From positions 15,810,001 to 15,874,000 of the forward strand of contig OZ024749.1 of NCBI GenBank assembly GCA_964016885.1: DNA of 64,000 nt, in the 5' to 3' direction. Made by a program: the position numbers and the translations under genes. Within the stretch, counting starts at the first letter, position 1; every line of letters begins with the position of its first letter. Below the pieces are notes generated by a model, which saw nothing but the letters and a program-made list of their open reading frames with translations, did not search any database and was not told the origin of the DNA. Of this stretch, positions 55,201 through 64,000 are shown piece by piece. The DNA comes from Eledone cirrhosa (taxonomy: Eukaryota).

Positions 55201-58200
55201 ACAAACTATAACCACCAGCTGCACCACCACCAACACCACCACCAACACCAACTATAACCACCAGCTGCACCACCACCAGCACCAACTATAGCCACCGGCT
55301 GCACCACCACCAGCACCAACTATAACCACCAGCTGCACCACCACCAGCACCAAATATAACCACCAGCTGCACCACCACCAACACCACCACCAACACCAAC
55401 TATAACCACCAGCTGCACCACCACCAGCACCAAATATAACCACCAGCTGCACCACCACCAACACCACCACCAGCACCAAATATAACCACCAGCTGCACCA
55501 CCACCAGCACCAAATATAACCACCAGCTGCACCACCACCAACACCACCACCAACACCAACTATAACCACCAGCTGCACCACCACCAGCACCAACTATAAC
55601 CACCAGCTGCACCACCACCAGCACCAAATATAACCACCAGCTGCACCACCACCAACACCACCACCAACACCAACTATAACCACCAGCTGCACCACCACCA
55701 ACACCAACTATAACCACCAGCTGCACCACCACCAGCACCAACTATAACCACCAGCTGCACTACCACCAACACCAAATATAACCACCAGCTGCACCACCAC
55801 CAACACCACCACCAACACCACCACCAACACCAACTATAACCACCAGCTGCACCACCACCAACACCAACTATAACCACCAGCTGCACCACCACCAGCACCA
55901 ACTATAACCACCAGCTGCACCACCACCAGCACCAACTATAACCACCGGCTGCACCACCACCAACACCAAATATTACCACCAGCTGCACCACCACCAGCAC
56001 CAACTATAACCACCAGCTGCACCACCACCAGCACCAACTATAACCACCAGCTGCACCACCACCAATACCAACTATAACCACCAGCTTCACCACCACCAGC
56101 ACCAACTATAACCACCAGCTGCACCACCACCAGCACCAACTATAACCACCACCAACACCACCACCAACACCAACTATAACCACCAGCTGCACCACCACCA
56201 ATACCAAATATAACCACCAGCTGCACCACCACCAACACCACCACCAACACCAACTATAACCACCAGCTGCACCACCACCAGCACCACCACCAGCTGCACC
56301 ACCACCAACACCACCACCAGCACCAAATATAACCACCAGCTGCACCACCACCAGCACCAACTATAACCACCAGCTGCACCACCACCAGCACCAACTATAA
56401 CCACCAGCTTCACCACCACCAACACCAACTATAACCACCAGCTGCACCACCACCAATACCAAATATAACCACCAGCTGCACCACCACCAACACCACCACC
56501 AACACCAACTATAACCACCAGCTGCACCACCACCAGCACCACCACCAGCTGCACCACCACCAACACCACCACCAAGACTAACTATAACCACCAGCTGCAC
56601 CACCACCAGCACCAACTATAACCACCAGCTCCACCACCACCAACACCAACTATAACCACCAGCTGCACCACCACCAGCACCAACTATAACCACCAGCTGC
56701 ACCACCACCAGCACCAAATATAACCACCAGCTGCACCACCACCAACACCAACTATAACCACCAGCTGCACCACCACCAGCACCAAATATAACCACCAGCT
56801 GCACCACCACCAACACCAACTATAACCACCAGCTGCACCACCACCAACACCACCACCAACACCAAATATAACCACCAACTGCACCACCACCAATACCAAA
56901 TATAACCACCAGCTGCACAACCACCAACACCAACTATAACCACCGGCTGCACCACCACCAACACCAACTATAACCACCAGCTGCACCACCACCAGCACCA
57001 ACTATAACCACCAGCTGCACCACCACCAGCACCACCACCAGCATAACCACCAGCACCAACTATAACCACCAGCTGCACCACCACCAACACCAACTATAAC
57101 CACCAGCTGCACCACCACCAACACCACCACCAACACCAAATATAACCACCAACTGCACCACCACCAATACCAAATATAACCACCAGCTGCACAACCACCA
57201 ACACCAACTATAACCACCGGCTGCACCACCACCAACACCAACTATAACCACCAGCTGCACCACCACCAGCACCAACTATAACCACCAGCTGCACCACCAC
57301 CAGCACCACCACCAGCATAACCACCAGCACCAACTATAACCACCAGCTGCACCACCACCAGCACCACCACCAGCTGCACCACCACCAACACCACCACCAA
57401 GACTAACTATAACCACCAGCTGCACCACCACCAGCACCAACTATAACCACCAGCTCCACCACCACCAACACCAACTATAACCACCAGCTGCACCACCACC
57501 AGCACCAACTATAACCACCAGCTCCACCACCACCAACACCAACTATAACCACCAGCTGCACCACCACCAACACCAACTATAACCACCAGCTGCACCACCA
57601 CCAACACCAACTATAACCACCAGCTGCACCACCACCAACACCAACTATAACCACCAGCTGCACCACCACCAGCACCAAATATAACCACCAGCTGCACCAC
57701 AACCAACACCACCACCAACACCACCACCAACACCAACTATAACCACCAGCTGCACCACCACCAGAACCAACTATAACCACCAGCCGCACCACCACCAACA
57801 CCAACTATAACCACCAGCTGCACCACCACCAACACCAACTATAACCACCAGCTGCACCACCACCAGCACCAACTATAACCACCAGCTGCACCACCACCAA
57901 CACCAACTATAACCACCAGCCGCACCACCACCAACACCAACTATAACCACCAGCTGCACCACCACCAGCACCAACTATAACCACCAGCCGCACCACCACC
58001 AACACCAACTATAACCACCAGCTGCACCACCACCAGCACCAAATATAACGACCAGCTGCACCACCACCAGCACCAGTACCACCACCACCAGCACCAGCAC
58101 CACCACCAACTATAACCATCACCAACACCACCACCACCACCAACTGTAACCACCGGCTGCACCACCACCAACACCACACCACCACCAACTGTAACCACCA

Positions 58201-58262
58201 GCTGCACCACTACAAACACCACACCACCACCAACTATAACCACCAGCTGCACCACCACCAGC
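52283..58262. repeat. 34-bp minisatellite (ACCAACTATAACCACCAGCTGCACCACCACCAAC) with +12-bp variants, ~6 kb
   Basis: Directly visible; CAGCTG in nearly every unit. Confidence 0.95.
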
Positions 58263-58424
58263 ATCAACTGTAACATCACCGCCATCAGAAACTGCAACAA
58301 CAACAACAACAATAACAAAAGTCATAATATCGACAACAACAACAGCAACAACATAAACGAAACAACAGTGACAACATCACCGCCATAAAAAAAGGATAGC
58401 AGCAGCAACCTCAACAGCAACGAC

Positions 58425-59020
<596 letters not shown>

Positions 59021-59213
59021 GAGAGAGAGAGAGTGTGTGTGTGTGAGAGAGAAAGAGATAGATTGATAGAATATCAGAAGAAAATGCACACAGAAAAAGT
59101 TACAAAAGATGAACTGACAAGATTCTCCCTCGTCAGCCACATTGCTGATGTCCAAATTTGCACATTAAGGTAGTTTTACATCTGTAATGCCTGTTTGCTC
59201 AACAGATTGGAGA

Positions 59214-59267
<54 letters not shown>

Positions 59268-59282
59268 TATATATATATATAT

Positions 59283-59395
<113 letters not shown>

Positions 59396-59423
59396 ATATA
59401 TACACACACACATATATATATAT

Positions 59424-59516
<93 letters not shown>

Positions 59517-59613
59517 TATAGATATAGATATATATAAATATACACACATATATATATATATATATACACACACACATATATATATATATATACACACACA
59601 TATATATATATAT

Positions 59614-59686
<73 letters not shown>

Positions 59687-59750
59687 TATATATATACAAT
59701 TTATTTTATACATTTGATTTCAACTTTTCAAATGGAAGTTGAAGTTGAAA

Positions 59751-59982
59751 GGTATGTCGAATCTATCTATTTATAAGACTGTTTATATTGTATTTTGTCT
59801 GAAGAAGGCATAACATATTTTTAATATGATATCCCTGAAATATATATAATGAAATAAATATGGTTTTATAAATATAGTTTCCATTTATTTAATATCGTAA
59901 ATATACTCCAAATACTTGTTGAGTGCTTTTATATCAGTTATAAATATTTACTCGTTGTAACCCAACAACTTAAATAAAACTT

Positions 59983-59987
<5 letters not shown>
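59751..59987 (+). mobile_element. Family B hammerhead repeat (core CTGAAGA)
   Basis: Near-identical to 34647-34883 with the same ends. Confidence 0.75.
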
Positions 59988-60037
<50 letters not shown>

Positions 60038-60445
60038 ATGTAGAAGGTAAACAGAAATAACAACACAATCGGGACAGTATATGGAAGGTATATATTAGGT
60101 TAACGCTTGATATAGCAGGAAGAGGGCCTTAACGTTTCGGACGCTAGTCCTTCATCATAAGAAAGAATGAGAAATAAAATAGATTAAGGGGACGGGCGGG
60201 ATGGAAGTGGAAAAAATATCTTTAGATAAAAATAAAGCGCCATTCCTGATGACATCTCTTGTAACTGTTGGTGCTGGCGTTTTGTGTATGATTTGTTTGT
60301 TTATATACATATATATAAAAGAAATAGGATTTCGCTATCAAAAGATAGAAATTTCGTATTTTGAAAGAAATACGATTTTAGGACGCCGTAGCTATGCGGA
60401 CAACGGGGGACGAACGCCCTCTGGTGTTGTCCAGCAGAAGCAAGA

Positions 60446-60498
60446 GGGACAACCGTCTATGCATTTCAGGCTTGACTGGCCATCGTCAGGACGATCCC
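60446..60498 (-). ncRNA. Minimal type I hammerhead ribozyme (family E)
   Basis: Minus strand GGGATCGTC-CTGACGA-TGGCCAGTCAAGCCT-GAAA-TGC-ATA-GACGGTTGTCCC; palindromic stem III AUGCAU. Confidence 0.75.
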
Positions 60499-60566
60499 TC
60501 CCACTGCTCTGCGACTGCTGGACTTGAAAACAGCCGAGAATATATAGTTTTCTCGTTGCATATGAA

Positions 60567-60636
<70 letters not shown>

Positions 60637-60998
60637 TGTTATATTTGGGGAGGGTCATATTGTTATAATATTGCCAGAAATAATCATAAAATACACTCAC
60701 TGTTTGGTATGAGTTGGTTTTCGCTTCTGTATCTTTGATATCTCCATAGTTAATTTATTTGGCAATGTTTATCGTTGATTGACCAACGGTTAAAAATACA
60801 AATATAAATATATATATATATTGTTATACTTTGGGAGGGTCATGTTGCCAATAAGAAACACACGCACCAGTTGCTTTCACTTCAATTTATTATTATAATA
60901 AATTTATAATAAATTTATAAATTTCTGGTTGGTTGGTTGGTTCCACAACCAGATAGTTGTTTATATATAAAGAATCTTGCTAAACAAATTCAGAAACG

Positions 60999-61052
<54 letters not shown>

Positions 61053-61057
<5 letters not shown>

Positions 61058-61885
61058 TAAAGAATTAATATCTAGTAACATATATATACATACAGATGCA
61101 TATCAATGCTAGCAAATATATAGGTTTTGTCTTAATAACTTTGTGGTTCAATGCATGGGGTTGCAGAACAATAATATGAGAGACGTAAAATAAGAAAATT
61201 GTCCACGCTTTGCCTGGATACTTAGCTGAGAATAGACTTCCCTGACGACGAAATGCTTCTCCATATTTTCTTTGGAAAGTATATTTATTCCATTTCAGAA
61301 ACTAATTAGTTGGGAGTGAAATTTTAGTAAGTAAGTTAATTTTATAATTTTCTTATTTTACGTCTCTCATATTATTGTTCTGCAACCCCATGCATTGAAC
61401 CACAAAGTTACTAAGACAAAACCTATATATTTGCTAGCATTGATATGCATCTGTATGTATATATATGTTACTAGATATTAATTCTTTATAATTATCTCCA
61501 AATTATTTGTCTAGCAATATTGGCCAAGACTGCTGCTATGGTGGCAGGCAGGCCGCTGTCTTCTTAACAAACCACTTTCCACTGATTGACCTCGATGTCA
61601 CGTGATTGATTCTTTTTGAATTTGCCACCGACGCAGTAGGCAGTGATTTTCTCAATGGCTAGGAATTCAGTCCACGCTTTGCTATTTTCTATCCACTGAA
61701 TTATTTTTGTATAAGTTTCCAGAGTCCTCGCTTTGCCTGGATACTTAGCTGAGAATAGACTTCCCTGACGACGAAATGCTTCTCTATATTTTCTTTGGAA
61801 AGTATATTTATTCCATTTCAGAAACTAATTAGTTGGGAGTGAAATTTTAGTAAGTAAGTTAATTTTATAATTTTTTTATTTTATG

Positions 61886-61893
<8 letters not shown>
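61053..61893 (+). mobile_element. Family C: ~523-bp monomer bounded by two hammerheads, with an inverted 5' piece
   Basis: ~61206-61371 recurs at ~61729-61893; 61053-61200 is the inverse of ~61346-61494. Confidence 0.8.
61236..61317 (+). ncRNA. Type I hammerhead ribozyme (family C; second copy 61759-61840)
   Basis: ACTTCC-CTGACGA-CGAAATG...CATTTCA-GAAA-CTAATTA-GTT-GGGAGT; palindromic stem III. Confidence 0.75.
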
Positions 61894-61941
<48 letters not shown>

Positions 61942-61942
<1 letters not shown>

Positions 61943-61984
61943 ATCAAAGTTCTTTCGTCACAAAATGCGACATCATCAGTGGTA
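61942..61984 (-). ncRNA. Minimal hammerhead motif downstream of the PLE GIY-YIG fragment
   Basis: Minus strand TACCA-CTGATGA-TGTCGCATTTTGTGAC-GAAA-GAA-CTT-TGATA. Confidence 0.6.
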
Positions 61985-62228
61985 CTATTATGATACCTCC
62001 CGTTGTGTTGTAAAGTTCACGCCAATTTTATTTAATTAATTTATTTATTTATTCTTGTTTCCGTCTCTGCGCATGCGTTTGCGTGCGTGTTTAATGTTGG
62101 TGTGTGTGTTCAAGTTTGAGTCTATGTTTTTTGTTTGTTTTCGTATTCTATCTTTGTTCAATAGTGTGTGTTTATATGTGTTTGTTGTTATTGTACTTGT
62201 GTATATATATATTTATTTATATATTTAT

Positions 62229-62753
62229 TTATATTTCGCTTAGGTCAGAAATGTTTGTTTGGGTATGGTTGTTATTCCATTCGTTCTTTCTGTTCAACTT
62301 CGGTCTTCTTAGTTCTATCTCAGTTGCTTCTCTGATTTGCCTACCTGTTGAGTCATTTCTATGCTTAGATATTATTTTAATTTCTATGTTGTCTATATTA
62401 CCGTCATGTCTTTGTCTGGCGTGTTCGTATAGTACTGAACCGTTTTTTCCCTTTTAGTTCCCCCCAGTGTTGGTCAATTCTTTCTCCTATGCTTCAAGCT
62501 GTCTCACCTATGTATGTCGTTGTCATGTTTCTGAAAGTACCCTCTGTAAATCTTATGCTATAGACTACATTTCTAGTTTTACAGTTTATCTGGGGGTTCA
62601 CTTAACATATAACACATTTCTTATTCGTACAGTGGGTATGTCTTGCTGATCAGGGATTTTATGGTAGTTCCTGGCTTTTCTACCACTTTAATCTTTAGAT
62701 GTGTCTTTCTTAAGGCTTTTCTACATTGCTTAGCTAATTTCCCTCCAGGAAAT
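62229..62753 (-). pseudogene. Penelope-like element Cys-rich linker plus GIY-YIG endonuclease, decayed
   Basis: PGGKLAKQCR..KIKVVEKPGTTIKSLI / KCVIC*..NCKTRNVVYSI...YIGETA*SIGERIDQH / LYEHARQRH..RQIREATEI..RPKLNRKNEW. Confidence 0.85.
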
Positions 62754-63065
62754 GTATATATATATATATATGGCAATGAACGGAAAAAAGCGGAGATAAT
62801 ACGTCGTTATGTGGATCGAAGAGAACAAATACACGCAAAGACAAAACCACGTTTATGGTATAAATGGAGTCGTTTGACTAATATTCTATTTAGGAAACCG
62901 AATGATTCTCGGCTTCGGAGTTAAGAATTATGTAAATAAATTAGTAGAACGAAAATATATTTAATAAATAGCCACGAAATTTAATATATATGGCTGACTG
63001 GATATACGTCTGTTTTGTTTCTCAAAACTATTCCCCATCTTTCTAGTTCCTCTTTGATTTCTAAA

Positions 63066-63107
63066 TCTATATTCTGATGAAAGACTAATGTCCGAAACGT
63101 CAATAGA
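63066..63107 (+). ncRNA. Minimal type I hammerhead ribozyme (family D; sibling 60127-60160 on -)
   Basis: TCTATATT-CTGATGA-AAGACTAATGTCC-GAAA-C-GTC-AATAGA; both copies followed by CTATATCAAGCGTTAA.CTAATATA. Confidence 0.75.
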
Positions 63108-63677
63108 CTTTTCATACTATATCAAGCGTTAAACTAATATACATACATTAATTGTACTGTATTGTTTGCTATGTTCTTTCCATTTACCTTTTGCATAGAT
63201 ATGTATGTACATATATCAAAGATTGTTTGAAATACTAGTAGGCAGAGGATGAGGAGAATAGATGGATGAGGAGGGGCCGAAGGAGGAGAAAGCAATAGCA
63301 ACAATAACAACAACAATGACACCACCATCACCACCAAATCCACCACTACCACCACCGCCGCCGCCATCAAGAACAACAAAGACAAATCTAAATAGAACAA
63401 AGTTGACCTTTGTATGGTAAACATTTCGGATTGGAGTTCAGACGATAGACTGAGGTGAGACAGGGTGATGGGGAGAGTGTGAGAGGCGGGAGGGGGAGCA
63501 GAGAGTGTGAGAGAGGGGGAGAGGGAGCAGAGAGTGGGACAGAGAGAGAGAGAGTGTGAGAGAGAGGCAGAGGGAGAGAGAGAGAGAGAGAGAGGGTAGA
63601 AGGTAAAAGTGAAGTAAAAAAGCGATCTAGTTAAAAAGAAAGAGATGAGTGGGATGTGTATATATATATATATATAC

Positions 63678-63752
<75 letters not shown>

Positions 63753-63753
63753 C

Positions 63754-63820
<67 letters not shown>

Positions 63821-64000
63821 AATGTATATATATATGTACATATATACATATATATATATATATGCAATATATATATACATACATCATACATATATATTTA
63901 TGTATATATATTTCGTTTCTGAATTTGTTTAGCAAGATTCTTTATCTGAAATCGTGTGTTGAAACCGATAATCTATCTATCTATCTATCTATCTATCTAT

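Noticed and set aside
52283-58318. Many Val/Gly/Trp-rich ORFs
   Set aside because: The 34-bp unit is not a multiple of three and frames cycle through stops
63134-63679. 181-aa ORF with a hydrophobic stretch
   Set aside because: Composed of (CT)n, (GTG)n and (TTG)n low-complexity sequence

Overview
Repeat-saturated eukaryotic intergenic or intronic DNA, most likely from an octopus or other coleoid cephalopod (inferred from the SINE types and extreme (TA)n/(TACA)n content). No host protein-coding gene is supportable; almost all listed ORFs are translations of microsatellites. Real content: (1) a 5'-truncated, frameshifted non-LTR retrotransposon with RT and a restriction-like endonuclease (R4/Dong-like, 21632-24632), plus three shorter related copies, mostly in (TACA)n; (2) decayed Penelope-like element (PLE) pieces (N-terminus, RT thumb, GIY-YIG); (3) about seven unrelated short non-coding repeat families carrying minimal type I hammerhead ribozyme motifs, often in partial-tandem plus inverted (fold-back) arrangements inside (TA)n; (4) non-autonomous Helitrons, one with a Pif1-helicase remnant and a head-to-tail chain at 28.6-31.4 kb; (5) many copies of two tRNA-derived SINE families, RTE and CR1-like LINE ends, and Tc1/mariner/pogo MITEs; (6) a 6.8 kb 32-bp satellite with positional variant blocks and a 6 kb 34-bp minisatellite; (7) a 200-N assembly gap. 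All family names come from motif recognition by eye, with no database search. Boundaries are approximate.
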